A stretch of DNA of 64,000 bases from a virus, in the IMG/VR virus record IMGVR_UViG_3300032246_001892, positions 27,287 to 91,286 of that record. One strand, written 5' to 3'. Below the pieces are notes generated by a model. That model worked only from the letters and a program-made list of their open reading frames with translations, had not been told where the DNA came from and did no database searches. Each line of letters opens with the position of its first letter. Within the stretch, counting starts at the first letter, position 1. The position numbers and the translations under genes are program-made. Of the stretch, positions 47,602 through 57,685 are shown in pieces.

Positions 47602-48216
47602 TTAAATTCTTTTAAGAACTATATCTTGACCATATATATTAGCATCGACTTTATACCACTTTTTAAGAGGACTATTGTCTATATTAAAATCATTATTATT
47701 TTCAAAGCAAATAACGTCTATTATATATTCATCATAATCTATAGATTCTATAATATTAATTTCATTTCCTTCAGTATCTACTGATAAAAAATTAATATTT
47801 TTACAAGGAGCTATATCTGCAAACTTTTTATTCTCTACAAGAAGTTTTTCACGATTACAATTATATTCTTCACATTCTTTTAAAATTCTTTGCTTATGTG
47901 TTTCGGTATAGTTTTCTACTATACCGCTTAACATTTCTGCATAACCATCTATTTTACAAAATTCTAATTCTTTTGCGTCTGAATCAGATATAACACAATT
48001 ATAGTTCTTAGAGCTGCGATTGTTTTCAAGATCTAAAAATCTATCTTTAATGGGCTCAACGCACACTCCTGTCCATCCAAGCTTATCAAAGAAGAGTGTA
48101 TTACTTGCAGATACACCATCATGTGCACCTATATCTACATAAACACCATCTGTAATTCCTTGAAAGAATTTATTGTGTACGTATTCGTCTTGTTTTAATT
48201 GTCCGTAGTATTCCAT
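47602..48216 (-). CDS. FkbM-family methyltransferase
   Basis: YVDIGAHDG..SNT, GWTGVCVEP, FLSVDTEG. Confidence 0.85.
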   Translation of the reverse strand: MEYYGQLKQDEYVHNKFFQGITDGVYVDIGAHDGVSASNTLFFDKLGWTGVCVEPIKDRFLDLENNRSSKNYNCVISDSDAKELEFCKIDGYAEMLSGIVENYTETHKQRILKECEEYNCNREKLLVENKKFADIAPCKNINFLSVDTEGNEINIIESIDYDEYIIDVICFENNNDFNIDNSPLKKWYKVDANIYGQDIVLKRI

Positions 48217-48218
48217 AT

Positions 48219-49526
48219 TTAAATTTGTGTATTGTTATAAACGCTATTGGCTCCTGTTTGAAGACATGTTGTATGAGCTTCGCTGTGAATATAAGCATGA
48301 AGAATTTTATCTATGAAGTGTTCTGTTTTGGCTTCTTCCCACATCTGGGAAACCCATCCAGCGTCTTCACATATATTATTACTTGGTACTCTATATTTCT
48401 GCGCTAATTTTCTATTCCATGCACATACATGAAATGGTTTGCGTTTAAAAATTGTTCCTGGTTCATAAGATTCATTTTCATTTTGTAACCCAAATACTAC
48501 TAATGATCTAGGATAGTTTTCTATAAAACAACTCTGCTTAAAGGTGATAACATCAACATCTGGCTTTGCTTTAATAGCGTTTGTTAATTCTTTAACATAA
48601 TCATCTGATATATCATCATCGTCATCCACGAATGCAACGAATTGACCCATGGCTGATTGAATTAAATTATCTCTTTTTCTACCAACAGTTCGGATTTTAT
48701 TGTCTATCAATATTAAATGTTCAACCCTCTTATCTAAATTGTTTTCTTGTATTTGTTTTTCTATTTTTTCTATCAATTTAGTTAATGACCCATTAACTCT
48801 AGAAGGTACACTAGGGGTTAATATAGAAAGATACGGGAGTATATCACCCAAACCAAAATTATTCTTTTGTCTCTTTATATAAATTTCTTTATCAATATTG
48901 AAAAAGGATTCATTACGAACATATAATTCATCATATCCAGTTTTTTGATATGCAGGATGAGCGTGTTCTATAATAATTTTTTCTGATTTATAAACCTTGC
49001 CTAAAAATATAGATACATCTGTGAATTCATTATCACACCACAAACTAATATATTCTGGATTGTATATGTAACTAAATCTATCATAATATTTTCTGCCTAA
49101 TATGCATAAAGTGTTAATATTATTCTGCCCTCCATCATTATACCACAAAACACCATCCATGTTTCTGTGGTAAAACCACATATCATTTCTTATAATCTCA
49201 TCATATCCATCTACCACAGGTATCATATCGTCTGATGCTAGTAGTAATATGTCCCATCCATATATATTCTCGAGATCAGCATTGATGGCTTGGATCTTTG
49301 TTTTACTTTGGCCAAAGAAATATAGTAGTTTGGTCTTCTTTTTAAATTCTTCAAGTTTACTAATAACCTCTGGGTTATTCATAGTTATATCATCTTCGTC
49401 ACAACTAATAACAAAACCTATACAGTCTTTATTAGATGCTTTGTTGTAATATAAATCTAAGACCTGAAAGAATTTATCGGGTCTTCCTCTAGTGGGAAAT
49501 TTAATTAAAATTTTTAATGGGTTCAT
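48219..49526 (-). CDS. tandem GT-A glycosyltransferase (two domains)
   Basis: KFPTRGRP...ASDDM...WCDNE, then LSILTP...GRKRD...AFVDDDD. Confidence 0.75.
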   Translation of the reverse strand: MNPLKILIKFPTRGRPDKFFQVLDLYYNKASNKDCIGFVISCDEDDITMNNPEVISKLEEFKKKTKLLYFFGQSKTKIQAINADLENIYGWDILLLASDDMIPVVDGYDEIIRNDMWFYHRNMDGVLWYNDGGQNNINTLCILGRKYYDRFSYIYNPEYISLWCDNEFTDVSIFLGKVYKSEKIIIEHAHPAYQKTGYDELYVRNESFFNIDKEIYIKRQKNNFGLGDILPYLSILTPSVPSRVNGSLTKLIEKIEKQIQENNLDKRVEHLILIDNKIRTVGRKRDNLIQSAMGQFVAFVDDDDDISDDYVKELTNAIKAKPDVDVITFKQSCFIENYPRSLVVFGLQNENESYEPGTIFKRKPFHVCAWNRKLAQKYRVPSNNICEDAGWVSQMWEEAKTEHFIDKILHAYIHSEAHTTCLQTGANSVYNNTQI

Positions 49527-49527
49527 A

Positions 49528-50523
49528 TTATGCTAAAAATACCTTATCGAATTTTTCTATAACTGCCTGAGGATTGTAATCTCTATAAGAGTTGTAATCT
49601 TTACTATCATCAGGTACAAAGTTTAAAAATATATCTAACAGATCTTTTTGATTATTATAATATATAGCATCATTTTGAAGAATGTCCATATATCCTTTAC
49701 CTATAGAATTGTTCCATGTTAATATAGGTTTATTTAAAAAACAGAATTCTGCAACAGCCAATCCAAAGGTTTCGCCGTGATTGCGAGCATGTATCATAGC
49801 ATCCGTTGCCGCTATATATCTATATTTTTCTTTTAAGTCTAAAATGGGGTCAATATATATAATCCTTTCATGGTGTAAGAAAGGTTTGGTACATATCATA
49901 ATAAAATATAAATCCTTTCTCTTATCTAAAGCTTCTTTTATTGCTTCAAAAACGAATGGTATATCAAAATCTGTATAACCTCCAATACGACCATATACAA
50001 AAGCATCAGAAGGTATATTTAAATATTCTCTTATCTCTTTTCTACATTGATCTTTATCTATAGAAGGTGCATTTACCATGTGAGGTACAAACGGTACTTC
50101 CCCATTAGAACAAGAATCTGAAAGCCATTTAGAAACGAACGCAAACCTATCTCCGTGAATATTATTTCTAGGTTGTGGAAATACTGAATGAATTAAATTT
50201 TTCGCATGATTTGAATGGAATCCTCCAGGTTCTCCAGATTTTATATGATATACACCATCTATATTATTTTTTATAATAAAATTTTCTATCTCTTCATGAT
50301 TATTATATTCAAGCACTGGAAACCTTTTACTTGCTGATTCTATTGTAGTATCTACAATATTTTTATAATAGGGTTGATCCCAAGGAGATAATGATATTCT
50401 ACCACCAAAGGTTAAGAATGATTTATTACCTAATAATTTTTCATTAAAAAGAGCATAATCTAGCAAAGCTCTTGTGGTGCCTTGCATAGAAAATTTATTT
50501 TCTAGAAAAAGTATATTTCTCAT
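49528..50523 (-). CDS. GT-B (GT4-like) glycosyltransferase
   Basis: GTTRALLDYA, FVSKWL, GRIGG, HARNHGETFGLAVAEF. Confidence 0.78.
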   Translation of the reverse strand: MRNILFLENKFSMQGTTRALLDYALFNEKLLGNKSFLTFGGRISLSPWDQPYYKNIVDTTIESASKRFPVLEYNNHEEIENFIIKNNIDGVYHIKSGEPGGFHSNHAKNLIHSVFPQPRNNIHGDRFAFVSKWLSDSCSNGEVPFVPHMVNAPSIDKDQCRKEIREYLNIPSDAFVYGRIGGYTDFDIPFVFEAIKEALDKRKDLYFIMICTKPFLHHERIIYIDPILDLKEKYRYIAATDAMIHARNHGETFGLAVAEFCFLNKPILTWNNSIGKGYMDILQNDAIYYNNQKDLLDIFLNFVPDDSKDYNSYRDYNPQAVIEKFDKVFLA

Positions 50524-50526
50524 ATT

Positions 50527-51078
50527 TTATATTTTAATGGAAGGATAGTAATAATACAACATCCCTTGAATGAAAACTTCTGTTTTTAATAGTGGTAATA
50601 TTTTCACAGAAAATTCCATATCCTCACCGGTTGATAAATCTTCAAAGCCTACAGACAGTGCTAACTCTTTTCTAATAGGGTTGAGATGATTAGGGCATCT
50701 GTAATAGATACCATCTTTTTCATACCAATCTCTATATCTTATAGAATGCATAAATTTTTTAGGCATTTGATTCTTAGCTATTATTTGTCCTTCTATACCA
50801 CAACAGTCTGGATCATTATAATTGAGAGCTGTAAGGATTTTAAAAATATAATCGCCAGATACTATATCGTCGTCATCAACAAAGACTACATATTGGCCAT
50901 TAGCAGCCTTTAATAATTCATTTCTTTTACAACCAATAGTTTTTTCTCCATTATCTATATTAGCTAACATCTCAACCTGATTTGTATTAAAAATTTGTTT
51001 CTTTAAAATATTCTCAAGACGGTTAAAGACTCTAGATCTATTTTTTAAAGAACACGTTAGAACTGATAATAATTTCAT
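50527..51078 (-). CDS. GT2-like glycosyltransferase
   Basis: IGCKRNELL..A.GQYVVFVDDDD, GED. Confidence 0.78.
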   Translation of the reverse strand: MKLLSVLTCSLKNRSRVFNRLENILKKQIFNTNQVEMLANIDNGEKTIGCKRNELLKAANGQYVVFVDDDDIVSGDYIFKILTALNYNDPDCCGIEGQIIAKNQMPKKFMHSIRYRDWYEKDGIYYRCPNHLNPIRKELALSVGFEDLSTGEDMEFSVKILPLLKTEVFIQGMLYYYYPSIKI

Positions 51079-52550
51079 AAAAAGGAAACCTTATAATGTG
51101 ACACATTACCCTCTATGTTTTCGTTTGTAGTAGTAACATAAGGAATTGAATTCAACCCATCTTTCTTATGATAATTTTTACCTAATTTACCCTCTGAGTA
51201 AGATCTGAATCTATCACCATTTTTAAGATGTAATTCATTTTCTACAGGGTCAGATAATCTATGTACATGAGGAATACTAAAAAACTTTCCGAAAGGATGT
51301 TTATAAGGGATAAGCTTTTCTTTCATACATCTTTCATATAGATCATCATCTTCTTTCCCCCATCCTACAAATTCATTACTATATCCATTAACCCTTTTAT
51401 AATGTTCTCTTGTAAAGAGAATAACGCCACCCATGATTTTATCTGGAATATTAATATAATTGAATTGGCTACAATGACTACTCATATGAGTAGGGTTCGT
51501 GGGATAACTATAATCTGCAATTTCTGGAATTAAATCTACATCATGAAAACATACATAATCTCCAGTACATTTCGTGAAACCAATATTATTTAATAATCCC
51601 TTATTAAAGGGATCCTTATTATCTTGTTCCATAATAATAATCTCAAAGTCTGATACTTGCTTAGAAACATAGTTTTGAAGAGAAGGAACTATGTTTTTAA
51701 GTGCGTTACCTCGATCTCTATAAGGAATTACTATAGATAGTTTCTTGCCTTCATTTACTAATTTCTTTCTACTATAATTGTTTTGCAATTTTATTAATTC
51801 TGATTGCAAATTTATTTCCCCTTTATCAGTTATGGAATTTGTAAAATGTCCCCATTTCTTAATAAAATACTGAGCTGACTTATCCCAATTATTTTGATAA
51901 TTCTCTTTATTGGTAATGGAGGAATTTTCATTACTCCCATTTATATCCGTCAAATATTTTTCACTATTTAACAAGTCTGGAAAATACCAGAAAGGAGGTG
52001 CTACTTTATTATTAATTAAATTATATGCAAAGTCTATATGCTCGAAAGCATTCGTATAATTCTCATCAAAATAACCTAATTTTTTAATGAGATTTGCATT
52101 TATATACATGAAAGCACCTTGAGGGTTGTGATAAAACCCAATCTGCACGCCATCTGGCTGTGTTAAAGAATACTTTAAATTTTTGCCATTATCTGCTATC
52201 TTCTCAAAACAAAGATGATGTATACCAGTTGATTGAGCTGCTTTTATATAATGTTGAAACACCTTTGGATCTTTGATGAGTATATCATCTTCTATAATAA
52301 AAATATGTTCATAACCCCTATCTACAAGATCTTTGATAAGGATGTTTTTACTTTTGGATACACCCAATTGCTTATTATTAGTTATAACATTATCACCATC
52401 GATCGAGTTTACATAACTATTATCACCATCATTAACAATGGTTAGAAATCCTATTTCATTCCTAGGAATATTTTTGAGTACCTGGGAATAATATTCTGGC
52501 CTGTTATAGGTTACCAACCCAACTCCTATTTCTGATGATGGTCTTTCCAT
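51075..52550 (-). CDS. fusion: GT2-like + GT7 (beta-1,4-galactosyltransferase-like) domains
   Basis: N: GLVTYNR, IEDDI, GYFDE; C: IVIPYRDR, FNKGLLNNIG, FHDVD, GWGKEDDD. Confidence 0.8.
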   Translation of the reverse strand: MERPSSEIGVGLVTYNRPEYYSQVLKNIPRNEIGFLTIVNDGDNSYVNSIDGDNVITNNKQLGVSKSKNILIKDLVDRGYEHIFIIEDDILIKDPKVFQHYIKAAQSTGIHHLCFEKIADNGKNLKYSLTQPDGVQIGFYHNPQGAFMYINANLIKKLGYFDENYTNAFEHIDFAYNLINNKVAPPFWYFPDLLNSEKYLTDINGSNENSSITNKENYQNNWDKSAQYFIKKWGHFTNSITDKGEINLQSELIKLQNNYSRKKLVNEGKKLSIVIPYRDRGNALKNIVPSLQNYVSKQVSDFEIIIMEQDNKDPFNKGLLNNIGFTKCTGDYVCFHDVDLIPEIADYSYPTNPTHMSSHCSQFNYINIPDKIMGGVILFTREHYKRVNGYSNEFVGWGKEDDDLYERCMKEKLIPYKHPFGKFFSIPHVHRLSDPVENELHLKNGDRFRSYSEGKLGKNYHKKDGLNSIPYVTTTNENIEGNVSHYKVSFL

Positions 52551-53371
52551 ATTTGTTTTAAATTTGATAATGTATCTTCTTCAGAATAATATTTTTCAGA
52601 AGGCCCTGCACCTGGTACTACTGAAAAATTATTTTTTTCTATGAAATATTCAAGCCCCTTTCTAAAGGTTTCCATAAAATCTGCTTCTGATCTTATTTTG
52701 CTATTTTTATGATCGGGTAATATATCTGAAATGTATTTGTTAGATCCATGAACATCAGCAAACCATCTGAAGGGTGGATGAAAACCATTTTTTATTATTT
52801 GATATGTATGATCAACATGCTCAAGGGCATTATAAAAATTTTCATCCATGATACCAACTGATGAAAGAGTATCTATATGATAATAGCTCAAGGCACCTAA
52901 AACATTCGGATAAAGGTCAATCATTACATTATCCTTATAATTGACTGTCTTTCTAATTGTAGGATTTCCATTACTATCCAAATTATGGTTGCCGTGTAAA
53001 GCATAATTGAAATGCTTGATACCAGATACTTGAGATGCATTAATATAAAAATCAAACACATCTTGATTCTTTATTTCTATGTCGTCCTCCATTAAAAATA
53101 TGTGTTCACATTCTGCATCTATCAAATAATCAAGTGCCATATTTTTAGCACATGCCACACCTTCTTTACCAGATGTTTTAATATAACCCACATTATCACC
53201 ACCCATTAATTGAGTGGCATCAGAATCTACTCCATCATCAACAACTACAAAAGATATGTTTTTATTATTTTTTACAGAATTATAACTCTTCTTAAAAAAA
53301 TCTTCTCTATCACAGGTGATAAGACCTACACCTATTTTACCTTTTACACTAGACAATGTTTTTTTTGGCAT
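52526..53371 (-). CDS. GT2-like glycosyltransferase
   Basis: GLITCDR, VVDDG, GVACAKN, FLMEDDI, EHVDH. Confidence 0.78.
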   Translation of the reverse strand: MPKKTLSSVKGKIGVGLITCDREDFFKKSYNSVKNNKNISFVVVDDGVDSDATQLMGGDNVGYIKTSGKEGVACAKNMALDYLIDAECEHIFLMEDDIEIKNQDVFDFYINASQVSGIKHFNYALHGNHNLDSNGNPTIRKTVNYKDNVMIDLYPNVLGALSYYHIDTLSSVGIMDENFYNALEHVDHTYQIIKNGFHPPFRWFADVHGSNKYISDILPDHKNSKIRSEADFMETFRKGLEYFIEKNNFSVVPGAGPSEKYYSEEDTLSNLKQIWKDHHQK

Positions 53372-54116
53372 AATTCTTTTGTATATTTTCCATACTCTTT
53401 AACAATTCATCCTGGGTAACACCTGCCGGATCATTTTGTCCTGGGAGATATTGATGAATATGCATAAAGAAACTATAAGATAACTGCACACTCCTATCCA
53501 AATCTGGTATGTCTTTATAACCTATCTTCTGAATAAGGGTATTTGATGTTGTTATTCCACCTTCAATTGTGGGGTGATAATGATTAGGAGGATATATACC
53601 CTTCTTTCTCATTTTTAAAATAAAATCTAACACATCTAAATTTTTAGTATTAGTAACTCGCTCATCAAAATAGCCGTTATTCTTCACTACTCCAGTGTAT
53701 AAGAACATAAAGGTATCATTTAATTCCGGGGTTAAATGAAGGGTAACATTATTTTCATCATCTTCTATGGGTACTGACTTGGATCCTGGGCCTAAAAGAA
53801 ACCAAGTTCCAAATGTTTCTGCCGTTTTAATAGTGTTATTAAAAATTTCTGGGTCTGTAATAGACACATTTGAATGTAATAAAAATAAAAATTTATAATC
53901 TTTGAATCTTAATTGGGATATTAACCAATTCCTTAGAGATGCAAACGGTACTTCTTTGTCGAATCTTTTAGTATTAGGAGTAACTTCTACTTTATTATTA
54001 GTATTTGACACTACAAATACATCGTCTTGTAGTTCTTTTGGTATAGAAGAATAACACTTCTGTATGTCTTCTGGGGAATATATGTCTAAAATGCCTATGC
54101 CTATTTTGTCTTTCAT
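53349..54116 (-). CDS. degenerate GT2-like paralog
   Basis: KIGIG, GYFDE, GIYPP align with the two downstream GTs; acidic EDD motif replaced by HSN. Confidence 0.55.
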   Translation of the reverse strand: MKDKIGIGILDIYSPEDIQKCYSSIPKELQDDVFVVSNTNNKVEVTPNTKRFDKEVPFASLRNWLISQLRFKDYKFLFLLHSNVSITDPEIFNNTIKTAETFGTWFLLGPGSKSVPIEDDENNVTLHLTPELNDTFMFLYTGVVKNNGYFDERVTNTKNLDVLDFILKMRKKGIYPPNHYHPTIEGGITTSNTLIQKIGYKDIPDLDRSVQLSYSFFMHIHQYLPGQNDPAGVTQDELLKSMENIQKNYAKKNIV

Positions 54117-55162
54117 GTTAATTTGGTGTAAAGTTGTGTTAGATAATTTATAATTTCTGCTTTGTGTTGCACCTCTAAGGTCTCAACGAAGTCTTCTATA
54201 CTTTTTTGAATGTCTACTGCACTATATTCATTCGTAGTATTCCCCTCTTCATAAGATTCACTTAATTTATAATCAACTCTGAAGAATTTCGGATTAAGAT
54301 TTTGTATTTTTGAAGATATTAATGATAGTTTTTCAGGAACAATACTCTTATCTATTACAAAACTCACCATATTATTAGGAACATTTTCTTTTAAGAAAGT
54401 AGAATCCTGTTCCCCGTTTAATAATTTTTCCAAATAAACTCTTATATGCTTTGGTGAAATAGTATTTTCAATAAATTCGATATCTTCCGACTCAATGTTT
54501 AATATATAGACACCTCTACTATCATCTACATCACCAAAATTTTGTTGATACGGGCTCCCTACATAAAGTATTTTGCCTTTATCATACTTTCTTAATTCTC
54601 TTTTATGGAAATGACCTGACAATACAAAAGGAGATTTATCTAAAAGAGACTCTGACTCGAATCCATGATCACATATCTTATAAGAGTTCATGTGAAAGGA
54701 TTTAATTTCAAAATGACCAAAGCATATATTGCTTTCTGGTATGTCTTTTACTTCGGTCCCCCAAGGAATTAAAGATACTTTCTTACCATTGGCATTTATT
54801 ATTAAAGGTTCTTTGTCAATAATAATAATATTATCCCATCCATCAAGCATGGTAATGGAATTTACATCTGATCTATCCTTATAATAACAATCATGGTTAC
54901 CAGTAGATATAAAAATACGGAAATCTTTTAAGATACTAAAAAATTCTTTAGCAATGGTTAAGGTATTAACTGATATTTCATTTCTATTATGAAATATATC
55001 ACCTGGTATGATGATGTCATTTATACCTCTTGCTGAATATACATCTTTAACCCATTCCGCAAAAGCTAAAACACTCTTATGCCATACAGAACTGTCTTGT
55101 CCTAGTCCTATATGTATATCAGAAAATACACCAACTTCCTTACTTTTTATATTATAAGTCAT
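54113..55162 (-). CDS. gp47: recombination endonuclease nuclease subunit (gp47/SbcD/Mre11)
   Basis: SDIHIG, GDIFH, GNHD, GHFE, SGHFH, YVGSP. Confidence 0.93.
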   Translation of the reverse strand: MTYNIKSKEVGVFSDIHIGLGQDSSVWHKSVLAFAEWVKDVYSARGINDIIIPGDIFHNRNEISVNTLTIAKEFFSILKDFRIFISTGNHDCYYKDRSDVNSITMLDGWDNIIIIDKEPLIINANGKKVSLIPWGTEVKDIPESNICFGHFEIKSFHMNSYKICDHGFESESLLDKSPFVLSGHFHKRELRKYDKGKILYVGSPYQQNFGDVDDSRGVYILNIESEDIEFIENTISPKHIRVYLEKLLNGEQDSTFLKENVPNNMVSFVIDKSIVPEKLSLISSKIQNLNPKFFRVDYKLSESYEEGNTTNEYSAVDIQKSIEDFVETLEVQHKAEIINYLTQLYTKLT

Positions 55163-55872
55163 TATTCTCTACTATTGCGTTCTCTCATAATCTTCAATTG
55201 ATTATTACGAACTAGATTGTTATAGTTTTCTGACATCATCATTAATTCATTCTGATATTTTTCATGAGTATCTCTCATGTGTTTTTCTTTCTTGATTCTA
55301 TTTCTGAAAGCATTAAAAGCAATGCGAGTAAAATAGGAAAAGGGATTGGTTCCTTTTACTCTATCATACTTTTTAGTCATTAAAGCTTTAAACATTCTTA
55401 TGATACCATCACCCACCATTTCTTCTCTGTAGGTATAATTGATAAAATTGGGTGCATAACTAAGCTTATGAGAAATCTTACTAACCATCTGAGCCAAATC
55501 ATCAGACATGTGACCTGAATCATAATATTTTACAATTTCATCATCAAAGTGTTTAGGGTCAACGTAAAACTTTTCTTTATCGGCTGGTTTCTTACCTCTT
55601 TTCTTTTTTACAGGTTCTGTGGGTATTACCTCTTCTTCTACCACTACTACCTTTTTATCTTCGATGTCTTCAAGTCCTTCTAGATCTTCCTCTAATTCAT
55701 CAGACTCTAAATCTTCTTCTTCAGTTTCAGGGTAGTCTAAATCTTCTTCAAGATCATCATCATCATCTGGTTCTAGATCAATACCTAAATTCTCAGCTTC
55801 TTCTTCTGAGTATGTGATAAAATCATCATTGGATAATTTCTTGTTACGATAATTCTTTTTCCGTGTAGTCAT
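55162..55872 (-). CDS. gp55: late-transcription sigma factor (T4 gp55-like) with acidic N-terminal extension
   Basis: FYVD, LSYAPNFINYTYREEMVGDG, NPFSYFTRIAFNAF. Confidence 0.9.
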   Translation of the reverse strand: MTTRKKNYRNKKLSNDDFITYSEEEAENLGIDLEPDDDDDLEEDLDYPETEEEDLESDELEEDLEGLEDIEDKKVVVVEEEVIPTEPVKKKRGKKPADKEKFYVDPKHFDDEIVKYYDSGHMSDDLAQMVSKISHKLSYAPNFINYTYREEMVGDGIIRMFKALMTKKYDRVKGTNPFSYFTRIAFNAFRNRIKKEKHMRDTHEKYQNELMMMSENYNNLVRNNQLKIMRERNSRE

Positions 55873-57268
55873 ATTTTTCTAAATTGTAAAGTTTCTTACG
55901 TTCCGATAAGTGTATTTTACCATACTTTGTATTATCTGCAATGTCAAATATAGTAGCCATCTTTTTGGTAGGATGGAGACGTAAAGCTCTTCCTATCGAT
56001 TGCATTATTTTTATCTTAGCTTTTCCGGCTGAAGCAAAGACAATGTTATGGAGATTAGGTATATTGATACCAGTACTAAAAATTTTAGATACAGCTACTA
56101 TAATAACATCACTTCGATTCTCCATGAATGCTCTTATCTGTTCTCTTTCGATAATTTCTGTAGCCCCTCTTATAAAGTATATAGGCCTTTGTTCCCCACA
56201 GATGGATTTTAACTTGGATTCAATTTGAATCCCATGTTCAATTCTATCCACCATAATAAGGGTATTTCGATTTAGCTTATTTGCTAAATTAGATATTATC
56301 TGATTGCGCCTATCATGATGCATTAAAAATTCTAATTCTTGTTGATAAGCCAAAGCTGGGGTCTCACTGCTAACCTGTATGAAGGGTAATATATCATGTT
56401 TAATGTTTAAAATTATTACCTTAAAATTGGATACGAAATTTCGTTTCTTCAGATCATCTGTTTTTTGTTCATATGTAATGGGTCCTATCTTACCTATAAT
56501 ATTCCATTGATCTATTTCAGTGGAAGGCATTGTACCAGTAAATCCAAATTTAAAAGGTGTTTCTATAAAATTTAAAACTTTATTAAGCTGGTTTCCTTTT
56601 CTTAAACCGTGTACTTCATCCATTAACAATACATCTACTTCTGATAATTTTGAAAGATCGGTACTTTCACTTAATAATATTTGTGTACCCGCAACTATCA
56701 CAGTAGCATTTGGATCAGGTTTATTATTACCAGACCATTTAGTTACATTTGTTAATCCATAAGAAAGAAAATCATTAGCTGTCTGCTCTACAAGCTGTAA
56801 GGTTGGTACCGTTACTAGAACCAAAGCGTCTGGCTTGTTAAGGTTATGTCTAATACTTTCTATTAGAGTGGCACATATTAAGGTTTTACCACCTGCTGTA
56901 GGTATTAATGTTACACCTCTTCCTTGAGATAAGGCTGGCATTATAGCATTCTCTTGATAATCCCTCAATTGAAGATTAAGAGTTTTGATTACAGGTTCTT
57001 TAAAACCTGGATTGAATAATTTTTTAATTAAATCATCATATGTGTATTCAAAACGATTTAATTCTACATATTTTAATATGTCACCGAATAATCCTATATC
57101 GAATTTACCTGAAGGTGTTATACAATATAATCTAGGTTGTATATAAGGTACATTTCTTCTATATGCTGGATTAGCTGTAGAAAAATGTTCTCTAATTAAA
57201 GCAATATTCTTAAGATCCCCACCTATCTGAATTTGTTTATTTTTAGATGTTAGGGTAAAAGTGATCAT
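55844..57268 (-). CDS. uvsW: SF2 DNA helicase (UvsW)
   Basis: LRDYQ, PTAGGKT, DEVH, GFTGT, FSTGINIPNL, QSIGRALR. Confidence 0.92.
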   Translation of the reverse strand: MITFTLTSKNKQIQIGGDLKNIALIREHFSTANPAYRRNVPYIQPRLYCITPSGKFDIGLFGDILKYVELNRFEYTYDDLIKKLFNPGFKEPVIKTLNLQLRDYQENAIMPALSQGRGVTLIPTAGGKTLICATLIESIRHNLNKPDALVLVTVPTLQLVEQTANDFLSYGLTNVTKWSGNNKPDPNATVIVAGTQILLSESTDLSKLSEVDVLLMDEVHGLRKGNQLNKVLNFIETPFKFGFTGTMPSTEIDQWNIIGKIGPITYEQKTDDLKKRNFVSNFKVIILNIKHDILPFIQVSSETPALAYQQELEFLMHHDRRNQIISNLANKLNRNTLIMVDRIEHGIQIESKLKSICGEQRPIYFIRGATEIIEREQIRAFMENRSDVIIVAVSKIFSTGINIPNLHNIVFASAGKAKIKIMQSIGRALRLHPTKKMATIFDIADNTKYGKIHLSERKKLYNLEKYDYTEKELS

Positions 57269-57663
57269 GTAGTTTCTAACTTATTGATCTCAATAATATT
57301 TTTAAGATCATAAGTCATACTCCTAAAAATAGTTTCCACCTTTTCGAGATATGTAATAACTAATTCTGTATTCTCTATTTCTTCTTCTATCTTTGCCATT
57401 GCTTCTGACTCTTCTATTTTTTTATCAAGAGAAGTCTTTGGGAGTCCTGGGGGCATACCCTGTGCTGTTAAGGTAGATACTACAGCAGCTCTTACCACTT
57501 TCTTTTTTCTCTTAAGGTTATTAAGATATCTTTTTTGTTCTATAAGACGGGCTACCCATTTATGTTTAATAGCGGGTAATTGTAATTGTTTTTCTAAAAG
57601 ATTAAGTTCATCAACCTTGGTGTCGGTTTCTAACTCTTTTTTGATTTCTTCTATTATAACCAT
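57265..57663 (-). CDS. uvsY: recombination mediator (UvsY)
   Basis: 132 aa helical, KHKW, YLEK...YDLKNII; adjacent to uvsW. Confidence 0.75.
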   Translation of the reverse strand: MVIIEEIKKELETDTKVDELNLLEKQLQLPAIKHKWVARLIEQKRYLNNLKRKKKVVRAAVVSTLTAQGMPPGLPKTSLDKKIEESEAMAKIEEEIENTELVITYLEKVETIFRSMTYDLKNIIEINKLETT

Positions 57664-57685
57664 AAATATAACTAAATTATAATAT

